Source: Gemmatales bacterium (lineage in GTDB: Bacteria > Planctomycetota > Planctomycetia > Gemmatales > HRBIN36). Taken from it: DNA of 64,000 nt. The stretch is taken from positions 64,001 through 128,000 of the forward strand of contig JBEPZY010000005.1 in the NCBI GenBank assembly GCA_041640595.1. Direction: 5' to 3'. Both the position numbers and the translations under genes were made by a program. The notes under the pieces are model-generated. The model saw nothing but the letters and a program-made list of their open reading frames with translations, was not told the origin of the DNA and did no database searches. Below, piece after piece: positions 10,190 to 19,685 of this stretch; the stretch's first letter is position 1; each line of letters opens with the position of its first letter.

Positions 10190-11416
10190 ATGCAAAACAA
10201 CGCTTTCGAGAAACGATGTGAAGACCTCAGCCGTGAAATCCGTAGTTTAGAGCAAAAGTCGCAGGAGCTTCAACAAATTTTGCAATGGTATCGGAGCACC
10301 AGTGAGCCGCAACTCATCATTGATTTACACACCAGCCAGCGGCAAGCGGAAGATGTGCGAACGCTTCTCTGGCAATGCGAACGCGAAATTGCCGAACTCA
10401 GCAAACAATTGCGTGATGTCGAATCGCAGCTCGGCAGCTGGCTCAATCCGTTCAACTGGTTTTGTCCGAAGCAACAACTGCTCCGTGAAAACTGTGCCAA
10501 CTTGCGAAGCGCTCTGTCGAAGAAGCAAAAGCAGTATGGCCAGGCGAAAACGCAATTGAACGCACTCGAAGCCAAAATCGAGCAATTGAAGAACCAGTTG
10601 CAACAATATCGGACCTTCGATCTCGCCCATCACGAAAGCCAGTTGGCGGAAGTGCAACAGCAGATTGCCCTCAAGAAAGAAGAACTTGGCCGACTCAGGG
10701 AGCTGAAACGACAGTTGGATCAAAAGTTGCGGCCACTCTACGACGAGGTGGAGGCCCTCGAAGAGGAAAAACGGCAATTGAAATCCCGAATTCAGGTGGC
10801 CGAGGATTTTCAACGCCGACTTGACGAGGCCCCGAATGGCCGCGCCCGTTATGTGCTCCATCAGGAGTGCAAAGACCAATTAGGTGATGAGAAGCCTTTG
10901 TTCATTATCCGGGAAAGCCGTTGTCGTCTGCGAGCCATCGAACGTGACCTCGAGAAGCTATACCAGCGGATTCACCAGGAAATTTCGGCCTTTCTCCGAA
11001 ACTCTGCAATCGAGGAAATCATCATTGACGGCAGCAACCTCTGTTACGAGGACGGTTGTTTCATCGGCCTGGCAGCGTTGAAGGTGCTGGTGCCGGAACT
11101 GGTGAATAAGAATTACCGTGTAGTCGTGGTTTTCGACGCCTCGATTCGGTATAAGCTCAAGACCGGAGACGAAAAGATAACCAGGGCCCTGAGTCCCGCC
11201 AAAGTGCATATCGTCAATACAAGGCAAGCAGCCGACACCTACGTCTTGGATTTGGCTTCTCGGGACGAACATGCCTATGTGCTCAGCAATGACCGATTTG
11301 CCGAGTATCCGGACAGCTCCGTGGTACAGGCCGGACGTATTCTCCGGCACGAAATTGTCAACGGCCAAATCTACATCCCCGACCTGCAAATACGGCTGAC
11401 CTACGGTTCCGCGTAG
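10190..11416 (+). CDS. Coiled-coil protein with C-terminal NYN/PIN (Zc3h12a-like) ribonuclease domain
   Basis: Long heptad-rich N-terminus; acidic active-site motifs IIIDGSN, VVVFDAS, ADTYVL, VLSNDRF; AAGGAG RBS before ATG 10190 (alternative start 10115). Confidence 0.85.
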   Translation: MQNNAFEKRCEDLSREIRSLEQKSQELQQILQWYRSTSEPQLIIDLHTSQRQAEDVRTLLWQCEREIAELSKQLRDVESQLGSWLNPFNWFCPKQQLLRENCANLRSALSKKQKQYGQAKTQLNALEAKIEQLKNQLQQYRTFDLAHHESQLAEVQQQIALKKEELGRLRELKRQLDQKLRPLYDEVEALEEEKRQLKSRIQVAEDFQRRLDEAPNGRARYVLHQECKDQLGDEKPLFIIRESRCRLRAIERDLEKLYQRIHQEISAFLRNSAIEEIIIDGSNLCYEDGCFIGLAALKVLVPELVNKNYRVVVVFDASIRYKLKTGDEKITRALSPAKVHIVNTRQAADTYVLDLASRDEHAYVLSNDRFAEYPDSSVVQAGRILRHEIVNGQIYIPDLQIRLTYGSA

Positions 11417-11490
11417 GGCTATGACAATTTCGGCCTTTTCGTATCTCGTTGCGGAAATCGTCGAAACGATGCGAGCTTGCTGGCGAAACT

Positions 11491-11850
11491 GAACCACGGC
11501 GGGCTGACCCCCGCCGCTCTTATGAACGTGCGTTTGTGCATCGCAGAGGGCGCTTTATGCAGCGAACGAACGTCGTGCACCAGGAGCGGCTGGCGTAAGC
11601 CAGCCGTGGTACGAGAAACGACTGTGCGGGGCGAAACATAATCAGTCCGCAACAACCGATCGCCGTTGCAAGCGCGAATCGGAACCACGGCGGGCTGACG
11701 CCCGCCGCTCCTGATTCTGTGTTCGCCAGCCGCCGGACAATGTTCGATTCTCGCTGCACGATGTTCGGCTCACCGAACCACGGCGGGCTGACGCCCACCG
11801 CTCCTGGTTGTGCGTTCGTCAGCCGCTGGAAAATGTTCGATTATCGCAAC
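11491..11850. repeat. REP-like mosaic array 3
   Basis: Four hairpins; spacers nearly identical to those at 9060-9170, 9400-9460 and 9460-9575. Confidence 0.9.
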
Positions 11851-12315
11851 ACATCAAGCGACCAGGTGCTACGAAATAGCCCGCTGCACCAAAACTGGGG
11901 TACGTGTGAGCTACTCATCGAGATTACAAAACTTGTTACACCCTCTGTCCTGATTGCTTTTTGCCAGGTACGTCACCTGCTGGTCGAGTTTACAAAACTG
12001 GTGATGGCGATATAATAATTGCCAGGCACAGCCCAGGCCCGACCGATACTGGAGCAGGTCAAGCTTGGCCTGCAATTGGGCTGCGGCTTTCGGATGGGGC
12101 TGACCTGTCCAGAAAGGGAAAAGCGATTCTCGGTCTGGGCATCCAGGGCCGGCAAGACGAAGTCGGCGTGCTAGGCCCAACGGTTCACGGTGACCCGTGG
12201 GCCACCTGTGTGCTCTACGCCGACCGCATTGGCATCGGGTCGGCTCTGAACAAGGCTCTGGTTCGGACGCCTAACTCGCCGACCGAATCAGGGCGGATAA
12301 GTGCGAAACAGATTC

Positions 12316-12389
12316 GGGCGCTTAGCTCAGCTGGCTAGAGCGCATGGATCACACCCATGAGGTCGGGGGTTCGAGTCCCTCAGCGCCCA
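12316..12389 (+). tRNA. tRNA-Val (anticodon CAC)
   Basis: Acceptor stem GGGCGCT/AGCGCCC, D arm TAGCTCAGCTGGCTAGAGC, anticodon stem CATGG/CCATG with loop ATCACAC, T loop GGTTCGAGTCC; CCA not encoded. Confidence 0.95.
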
Positions 12390-12569
12390 CTGGACAGTTG
12401 TACGCTGAGTTACACGGAGTACTAAGTAGTGATACGGACGTAACTTGCGGTTGACTGTTAGTTTGGCAGTAACGCTCTATATCGCTAGAAAACGCGGTTT
12501 GGTGCTGCGCTTTTTGCTGCGCCTGGATATTCCCGCTCTGAATTGTCGGAATTTCGTTGCCTTGCCAGC

Positions 12570-12865
12570 TTGGGACATGCTGGCTCCGGGCAGCTGACGA
12601 TACCGCCGACGATTGCGGGTCGGATGCGTTCTCTTGGTAACCAAAGTGCGTGCGGCAATCCCGGGCAGCCAACGGTGTTGCGGACGGTTGCAGCTCGGAC
12701 GTATTTCCTTACTAACTAAAGCGTTGAAGGCAACGCTGCCAGCCGACGGTGTTACGCCTGCCATCTTGCCGCACGTCGGGGAAGCAACCGCAAAGCGTTG
12801 AAGGCAATCCTGCCAGCTGACGGTGTTGCGGACGATTGCCGATCGGACGTATTGATTTCGCTGGC
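12570..12865. repeat. Degenerate ~75-bp tandem repeat, about four copies
   Basis: AAAG...GGCAA...CAGCYRACGGTGTT at 12643, 12718, 12792 plus a more diverged copy near 12586. Confidence 0.7.
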
Positions 12866-12881
12866 AGTCTCACGGGTGCCC

Positions 12882-13090
12882 GTTCCAGTGATGTTCATCC
12901 GCGATGTGTTGCGGCAGCAATCGTTCGAGTGATGTTCATCCGCGATTCGAGGCGCCCAGTGGCCGTTCCAGTGATGTTCGTCCGCGATGTGTTGCGGCAG
13001 CAATCGTTCCAGGGATGTTCATCCGCGATTCGAGGCACCCAGTGGCCGTGCCAGTGATGTTCATCCGCGATGTGTTGCGGCAGTAATCGT
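12882..13090. repeat. Nested tandem repeat: 24-bp core with alternating 17/18-bp linkers (41/42-bp and 83-bp periods)
   Basis: GTTCCAGTGATGTTCATCCGCGAT-like core at 12882, 12923, 12965, 13006, 13048. Confidence 0.85.
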
Positions 13091-13544
13091 CCGGGAGCAG
13101 GCAGTCTGGTCTTCATTTTGAAGAAAGTCGTAAATCCGAAGCGGGGCGCTGTGCGTCATAAATGTGGGAATGGATTGGGTGCCCCAGCGATAGCGGATGT
13201 GTAACGTGTGAAGGGCTGTCGCGCGTCACAAATATGGGAATGGATGCGGGGCAAAGCCGAATCGCAACCGCCCAGGCACCCAGAACCGTCGCTCCCTGAA
13301 TAGGCATGGACAAGCGCAGCTAGCCGACATCTGCAACTCGGCTTTCGGGAGCGGGCACCATACCGTAAACTAAACGGCAGGGAACGGACATGCACTTCGG
13401 GGCACAGTCTGTTCCGGCGGGTCGAAGTGCCTGGGGTTGCTTCTGGCAAGGGATACATCCAGACGGGGTGCAGCATCTCACGGTGTCGAAATGCGTGGCC
13501 GTATCGAACCACACGGCCAAAAACCCATCATAAGGAGGCTGGGC

Positions 13545-14945
13545 ATGTCGTGGACAAACAGCATTGCGTGGCTGATGGCGGCTGGATGTGTGGCCTGCAC
13601 GTGGGCCTGCATCATGGGGCAAGAAGTCGGCAAGCCTGGAGGCGCAAAGCCAGCGACCGGTACGCCGGGCCAGACCGAAAAACTGGTGCGTGTTACCGGC
13701 GACGTGGCCAAAACCGTGTTTGCTGCGGAACCCAAGCCGTTGAGCGATTCGGTCAAGCGCGGCTTGCGGTACCTGGTGCAGCAGCAGCGGACGGATGGCG
13801 GTTGGAATCAGGGGGGCGGTTGGCGGACGGATGTGTCGCGTGGTGGACGTATCGAAGGCCCTAACGTGGCTGACCCTTCCGACGTGGGGAACACTGCGTT
13901 CGCATTGCTGGCCCTCATCCGCGCCGGAAATACTCCGAAAGAGGGAGAATACAAGGAAGCGGTGAGCAAGGGTTTGGAGTTCATTTTGAAAAACGTTGAG
14001 AAAGCGGACTGGGATTCGCTGCGTCTCGGCGATGTCCAGGGAACGCAATTGCAGTCGAAGATTGGCCGGTATGTGGATTTGTTCGCAGCTAACTGGGTGC
14101 TGGCAGAATTGCACGGTCGTTGTGGCGATGCTCAGTTGGAAGAGCGGGTCGCTAACGCCCTGGAGAAAACCATGACCAAAATAGTTCGCAACCAACGGCC
14201 GGATGGCACATTCGCCGGCAACGAAGGCTGGGCTTCCACGCTCTCGGTTGGAGTGGCGAACAAAAGCGTGGCGCGAGCGAAAGAGCGCGGCGTGGTCGTG
14301 GACGAAGCTGTGGTGAAGCGAATCGTGGCTCAGGCGGAGAATGCCTTCACTCGCAAACCGGCGGAGGGGGGCTTAGTCGGAGGAGGTGGCTTTGGACGAC
14401 TGGCTGCCGTACCTGGCGCCAGCGATGCCGGAGTTCGCCTCTACAGCGTCGCTCAGGGTGCAAGCAATTTCCAGGATGCCGTCAACAGCTTGCGACGCGA
14501 GGAAATGCGGGCCAGACAAATTCTCCAGGATAAAAATGCGTCTCCCGAAATGCGCCAGAGAGCCCAGGAGATTGTGGAAACCGTCGAAAAGCTGGAGCGG
14601 CAAAATGCTCTGTTGCAGGCGGAGCTACGCAAGAACGTCCGCGATGCCCGTTTCCTGCAGGGCTTCGGAAGCAATGGTGGCGAGGAATTCCTCAGCTTTC
14701 TCAATATCGGCGAGACCCTGGTGTTGACCGGCGGTAAGGAATGGGAGGAGTGGGATGCGCGGATGAGGAAAGGTCTGGAGGCCGCACAGAATCCGGACGG
14801 TTCCTGGTACGGGCAACATTGCATCACCGGCCGAACCTTCTGCACTGCTGCTGCGCTCCTGGTGCTCATGACCGACCGCACCCCGTTCACTCCCGAAACC
14901 ATTTCTGCAGCACGCCAGAAGCAGCAAAGCCAGAAAAACCCCTAA
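13545..14945 (+). CDS. Prenyltransferase/squalene-oxidase-repeat (alpha/alpha barrel) exported protein
   Basis: QW-like motifs QQRTDGGW, QRPDGTF, QNPDGSW; AAGGAGG RBS before ATG 13545; signal-like N-terminus. Confidence 0.85.
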   Translation: MSWTNSIAWLMAAGCVACTWACIMGQEVGKPGGAKPATGTPGQTEKLVRVTGDVAKTVFAAEPKPLSDSVKRGLRYLVQQQRTDGGWNQGGGWRTDVSRGGRIEGPNVADPSDVGNTAFALLALIRAGNTPKEGEYKEAVSKGLEFILKNVEKADWDSLRLGDVQGTQLQSKIGRYVDLFAANWVLAELHGRCGDAQLEERVANALEKTMTKIVRNQRPDGTFAGNEGWASTLSVGVANKSVARAKERGVVVDEAVVKRIVAQAENAFTRKPAEGGLVGGGGFGRLAAVPGASDAGVRLYSVAQGASNFQDAVNSLRREEMRARQILQDKNASPEMRQRAQEIVETVEKLERQNALLQAELRKNVRDARFLQGFGSNGGEEFLSFLNIGETLVLTGGKEWEEWDARMRKGLEAAQNPDGSWYGQHCITGRTFCTAAALLVLMTDRTPFTPETISAARQKQQSQKNP

Positions 14946-15028
14946 TCCACGAGCTGCGGCAGAAACAAACGAACCTGGGGCGTGCGCTCGCTGCGCCGCC
15001 CCTTTTCGGAATAGAAGGGGAAGACCGC

Positions 15029-16558
15029 ATGGCTCAGCTGACTCGACGGTCGCTGGCCCTGGGCAGCTTCGGCGTGCTTACCGTAGCGGGGATGGCAATG
15101 GCGTTGTTCGCGCTGACACCAAAACCGCCGGACTCCGACCGGGACAACCAGACCCAGGGCGAACCGCATGCAGTTTTCAAACGCCCGTTTCCGAAAAGTC
15201 CGCCTCCACGAGCCGACCTGAACAAGCTGGTGGAGAAAGCTCTGGTTCGCGGTGCCCAATATCTGATTCAGCAACAGCGTAAGGATGGCTCGTGGCGTTC
15301 AGATCGTTATGAGCCATTCCAGGACGGCACGGCCCTGACTCCGCTGGCGGTTTACGCCCTGGAATGCGTTTACGACTCCGACCCCCTTGATAACCACCTG
15401 CGAAATGCAACTATCCGGGCGAGTGTGCATCGCGGACTGGATTTCCTCGCCAGGTACCACCGCCCGGACGGTTCGCTCAACCTGAAGGAAGACGAGTTGC
15501 CCTATCCGGTTTACACGGCGAGCCTGACGATCCTGGCTCTCGCATGGAACCCAGCACATCCTCTGTTTAGTGATCACTGGGGACGAAAGGCCCCCGAACT
15601 TCGGAAAGCCTGGGTGCAATATTTGAAAGAGCGGCAACTGACCGCCCGGCTGGGCTGGCATCCGGAAGATGCGTTCTACGGCGGATGGGGCTATTGTCGG
15701 CTCATTCCCCGAGCGCCCAAGTCCGGCGAGTTTGCACCGCCTCTGCTGGAATCGAATTTGTCTGCCACCGTGTTCGCTCTCGAAGCCTTGCAAGCCGCCG
15801 GCGAGCTGGATGATGAAACCCGACTGGCAGCGCGACACTTTGTGCTTCGCTGTCAGAACTGGTCGCAACCACTCGGCCCCGGCGACGACGGCGGATTTTT
15901 CTTCATTCCCAACGGCGATCCAGTTCGCAACAAAGCCGGCCGATTGGTGGATTTCCTGCGTGCAGCCGACCGGCCAGCGAAAGGCGACGTACCTGCCGAG
16001 AAAATGCTTTCCTACGGCAGTGCCACTGCGGACGGCCTGCTGGCCATGCTTACCTATACCCGCCCGACCCGCGACATCCGGGATAAGGCCCGAATTTCCG
16101 TGGCTGAGCAACTGGAAAAAAAGGACCGCGAGCGCATCCAGGCGGCGATTCGCTGGCTCCAGAAAAACGGGAGCGTGTCTTACAATCCACCGGGACCTGG
16201 TCTCAACGATGCGGTCAATCGCTGCCGGACTCGTCTCGACGGCGCATACTTCTACTACCTGGCCCGACTGGCTCGACTTTATCCGGACAATCTGGGTCTC
16301 CAATTGGCCGACGGCAACCCCGTGCCTGACCCGAACGGCGGTCCGGCGCCCTGGAAATTCTCGGAGGCGTTAGCCTGGCAGTTGTGTCAATTGCAACGCC
16401 CCGATGGTTCCTGGGCAAATCCCCACGATTTTATGCGGGAGGACGAGCCGATCGTCGCCACCTCTTTTGCTTTACTCGCCCTGTGCCGATTCGACCGCCG
16501 CTCCGCCGGCGACATCTTCCGAAAAATCGGCGACAAAATCGCCCCCATCGCTCCGTAG
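15029..16558 (+). CDS. Prenyltransferase/squalene-oxidase-repeat membrane-anchored protein
   Basis: QQRKDGSW, GGWGY, DDGGFFF, QRPDGSW motifs; N-terminal RR plus hydrophobic helix. Confidence 0.85.
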   Translation: MAQLTRRSLALGSFGVLTVAGMAMALFALTPKPPDSDRDNQTQGEPHAVFKRPFPKSPPPRADLNKLVEKALVRGAQYLIQQQRKDGSWRSDRYEPFQDGTALTPLAVYALECVYDSDPLDNHLRNATIRASVHRGLDFLARYHRPDGSLNLKEDELPYPVYTASLTILALAWNPAHPLFSDHWGRKAPELRKAWVQYLKERQLTARLGWHPEDAFYGGWGYCRLIPRAPKSGEFAPPLLESNLSATVFALEALQAAGELDDETRLAARHFVLRCQNWSQPLGPGDDGGFFFIPNGDPVRNKAGRLVDFLRAADRPAKGDVPAEKMLSYGSATADGLLAMLTYTRPTRDIRDKARISVAEQLEKKDRERIQAAIRWLQKNGSVSYNPPGPGLNDAVNRCRTRLDGAYFYYLARLARLYPDNLGLQLADGNPVPDPNGGPAPWKFSEALAWQLCQLQRPDGSWANPHDFMREDEPIVATSFALLALCRFDRRSAGDIFRKIGDKIAPIAP

Positions 16559-16850
16559 TGCCAGCCATAGGCCGATCGTGTAGTCCGAAATATCGCCTTA
16601 GTTGCGTGCAAGGAACCACCGCAATCGATCCGGCGGATCGCGGCAGGCCATCTGGCGTATCGCTAATCCGCTTTCCTCACATCCGTAGTTACCTGGTGAA
16701 AGGGGTGCCGTGCTTGGCGTCGGTTTCAGCTCTGGGCCACTCCAAGCCTGAAAAATCATCATAATGACCACGAGAGGTCGCCACAGTTCGTCAGCGGACG
16801 CGGCAATCCGACCCGTCCCATCGCCAACCCGCTCCCCTCGCCGCACTAGC

Positions 16851-17063
16851 TCATCTGATGTCAGGGGGTGCCGTGCTTGGCGTCGGTTTCGTGTCTTGGC
16901 CAGGCCCGACGTTTGTATTACCAACACCTTGCTTTTTCACAGTTCCGCCATCACCAACCTTAGGAGGAGGAGGCTTCGTCGGCTCTTCCCGGCCGCATCC
17001 GGCAGTCATTAGAGCAATCGCCCACGTGAGCACAACCGCCAGCACTACTCGCAATGGTCTCAT
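16851..17063 (-). CDS. Small Pro-rich lipoprotein
   Basis: Lipobox MTAGC after a hydrophobic signal; start overlaps the upstream stop (ATGA). Confidence 0.7.
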   Translation of the reverse strand: MRPLRVVLAVVLTWAIALMTAGCGREEPTKPPPPKVGDGGTVKKQGVGNTNVGPGQDTKPTPSTAPPDIR

Positions 17064-17776
17064 TGTCCTTCTCCTTGTTTTGCTGGTTCCTGAGGTTTAT
17101 CCGCCGCAAAACGCTTCGCACACTGTTCTAGGAACTCGCACAGTTTTAGCCAGTCTTCCGTGGCCTTTTGCACCAGGCAGTCCTTTATGGTCGTCTCGCC
17201 GTCTTTAGTACTATATTTGAACGCCATTACGAGTATGTTAGCTTCCGCCTTATTTACCTGAGCACGGTTAACCGCCTCTCGAAGATTTCGAGTTAGGTCC
17301 TGGATGGTGCTTTGCGCTTGTTGGTAACTTTTTCGCAAGAGGGCGTCGTCCTGGGGTTTGTTAGGCTTGGTCACCAGATTAGGTTGGGGAGCGGGCCTTG
17401 TGGCTTCTAGCGACAGTCCTAGCGCCGATACGACCAGGGCCAAAATAGCGAGTCCCAAACAAGTTAGCCATACCCAGCCGAGTCTGGGCCACTTATAAAC
17501 GGTTACGTGAAAACTATAAATTCTCCCCGCCTCGTTAGTCTTTTCTTGCTCAAACCGTCTGCGTATGTCCAGCAACACTCCATCAGCTCGGGCGAGACAA
17601 CGCCCGTCCTGCTGGTAATCTTGCTCGGCGAGCTGACTCAACCAGGTGAGCACTTTATTTCTGTACGGATCAGTTCGGCCCTGGAAGCTGGACTGAGAAA
17701 CCTGGTAGCCACCGGCATTCCAGGTTACCAGATAAGATGCTATCGGCCTGAGCGCGGAGCATGAGTTGCGCGCCAT
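17060..17776 (-). CDS. Single-TM protein; N-terminal domain resembling GAP1-N2, C-terminal coiled coil
   Basis: YLVTWNAGGYQVSQSS and EAGRIYSFH recall GAP1-N2 motifs (weak); TM LGWVWLTCLGLAILALVVSALGL; 13 bp downstream of the GTPase gene. Confidence 0.6.
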   Translation of the reverse strand: MARNSCSALRPIASYLVTWNAGGYQVSQSSFQGRTDPYRNKVLTWLSQLAEQDYQQDGRCLARADGVLLDIRRRFEQEKTNEAGRIYSFHVTVYKWPRLGWVWLTCLGLAILALVVSALGLSLEATRPAPQPNLVTKPNKPQDDALLRKSYQQAQSTIQDLTRNLREAVNRAQVNKAEANILVMAFKYSTKDGETTIKDCLVQKATEDWLKLCEFLEQCAKRFAADKPQEPAKQGEGQ

Positions 17777-17789
17777 GGCGACACCCCTG

Positions 17790-19655
17790 TTACTTCGCCG
17801 GTCGTTTCAAAATATCGGGAATTACCCCAGCGAATTTTGTTTCTTTCACTAGGAGGGTCAATTTGTAGTACTCTGACTTCAGGATAATCGCTTGGCCCTC
17901 ACAGCCTAGAAAAGGTGCTCCTATGTGGTATAACGAACTCGGCGGCAACTTATTGTTCGACTGGCTTAAATCCCATGTTACGTTCGTGTACTCCCATTTC
18001 TCGTTCACGAAATTGTAAACGTAGATCGAGACCGTTATCTCTTGCTCCCATTGGAAGGTCTCCGTCACTGGCCCCTTTTTGGGCGGTCGCTGATACTTGC
18101 CTTTTTTGTCCGGCTCTAGCCACCAAGGATTCTGATCCCACTTGCCGAAGACGAGGCCATGACCGAAACGTCTAGTGTTTTCGTCGGGACCTGAATACTC
18201 CAGTGTCGGCTCGAAAACGACCTGATAGGGCTCTTTTGGCGATTCTAAGAACGTTATGGCCTGGTTTAATTCGCTTGCGGGCCTTTCTTTGCCTGGCACG
18301 TGATAGCGCTCGAGTTTGTCCCTTTCCTCTCTTAGGAGCTTAATCGCATCCTTGCGGCTGTCGACTTTTTTCGGGTCACTCAAATCGGCAACGATAGTGT
18401 CGCGTAATTTGTCCCAGAAGTGCCGCTGCGCTTGCCGTAATTCCTCCACACTGGCAGAAGGTCTCGCTTGAGCAAGTATGCGGTTCAGGCCCTCTAACTT
18501 GCGGTTCCGGCCCTCTAAATCATGTAAATTTATCGTCCTAAGATCATTTTGCAAGCGCCTCCCAATTTCGTTGAGCTGCTGGCGTAATTGCTCTGCCCGC
18601 TTGTTGGGCCTCACGGCCAGCACGCAACCGTTCCGCAGAAGCTCACCGAGACGTGTTTGCTCCTTTTGCTCTCTCGGAAACTCGCGCCCTTCCGCCCAGG
18701 GTTGCAGCTCGTTTAGCACTCTTTCGATGTCCGGATCCGGGGGTATTAGGATTGAAATAAGGAGCCAGAACAAAGAGATAATCAAAGCAACCGCGAGAAG
18801 CACTTCCAACGGTTTGAGACGCAACTTACGAGCGAAGTCGTCCAGCTCGAAGAGGGTGCGCACCGTTGCCGTCAGTTGCCGGCCCTGTTCCGACGGAATG
18901 TGTTGCCGGCAGGGAGGATTGGCCACTTCTCGGACCGTCCTTCTCGGGTCAACGAGTCTGTCCGGTGCCTGGGGCCACTTGTCTTTTATCAAATCCGCAA
19001 TTTTTTCCCGAAACAGACGTGATAGGTCTCTTTGTTCCGGGTTGGTTTGCCAAAGGTCTTTGGCGGTGATGACGAAGATGACAGGTCGCATGCCTGGGCC
19101 GTTGCGCAGCGCTGGGCCCCGCCCTTCCAGCAAAGCCTCCAGCAAGCTTTCGGCACGCTCCAACTCCAATGTCAAATGGTCTTCATTAGAGTAGCGGTCC
19201 TGCTTCTGGGTCGGGTTGAAGAAAAACAAAAACGCGTCACATTGGCGTACCATGCTGGCCAGTTGACCCGATGAAGGATAACCCTCGCTTGCTTCCTTGT
19301 CCAGCTCCTCGCCAAACAGATCGTGAACCTCGATGCGGTACTGCCTTGTTTCTTTAGGACTATAGGAAAATTTCCAGACGAAACTGATTCCTTCCCAGGA
19401 TTCGGAAGTGCGCCCGGGGCGACCGTGCTGTTCGATCTCTTTGCCAACCACGTCGAGAAACCGCCGGCACTTTTCGTTGGGTTCGGCCAGCTGGTTTTGC
19501 TCATCCAAGTAGCGCAGGAAGTTGTAAAGGAACAACGTTTTGCCGGCGTGCGTGTAACCGTAAATGCCGATGTTGAGCGAGCGCGTCCGGCGAGAGGCTC
19601 GCTCCAGCCAGTTGGCGAGCGACCGAAGTACCTTGCTGGGGTATGCCGAGCTCAT
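17790..19655 (-). CDS. Membrane-anchored TRAFAC-class GTPase (double-GTPase/GAP1-associated-like)
   Basis: G1 GYTHAGKT, G2 PGRT, G3 DLFGE, G4 variant ITAKD, one TM (VLLAVALIISLFWLLISILI), large C-terminal domain; GGAGGT RBS. Confidence 0.85.
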   Translation of the reverse strand: MSSAYPSKVLRSLANWLERASRRTRSLNIGIYGYTHAGKTLFLYNFLRYLDEQNQLAEPNEKCRRFLDVVGKEIEQHGRPGRTSESWEGISFVWKFSYSPKETRQYRIEVHDLFGEELDKEASEGYPSSGQLASMVRQCDAFLFFFNPTQKQDRYSNEDHLTLELERAESLLEALLEGRGPALRNGPGMRPVIFVITAKDLWQTNPEQRDLSRLFREKIADLIKDKWPQAPDRLVDPRRTVREVANPPCRQHIPSEQGRQLTATVRTLFELDDFARKLRLKPLEVLLAVALIISLFWLLISILIPPDPDIERVLNELQPWAEGREFPREQKEQTRLGELLRNGCVLAVRPNKRAEQLRQQLNEIGRRLQNDLRTINLHDLEGRNRKLEGLNRILAQARPSASVEELRQAQRHFWDKLRDTIVADLSDPKKVDSRKDAIKLLREERDKLERYHVPGKERPASELNQAITFLESPKEPYQVVFEPTLEYSGPDENTRRFGHGLVFGKWDQNPWWLEPDKKGKYQRPPKKGPVTETFQWEQEITVSIYVYNFVNEKWEYTNVTWDLSQSNNKLPPSSLYHIGAPFLGCEGQAIILKSEYYKLTLLVKETKFAGVIPDILKRPAK

Positions 19656-19685
19656 TGCAAACACCTCCGGAATGGTACACCGCTT

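Noticed and set aside
11850..12315. Short ORFs between REP array 3 and the tRNA
   Set aside because: No recognisable motif or convincing start in any frame; may be a decayed fragment but unsupported
13545..16558. Squalene-hopene cyclase / hopanoid genes
   Set aside because: No DxDD motif, single-barrel size, export signals
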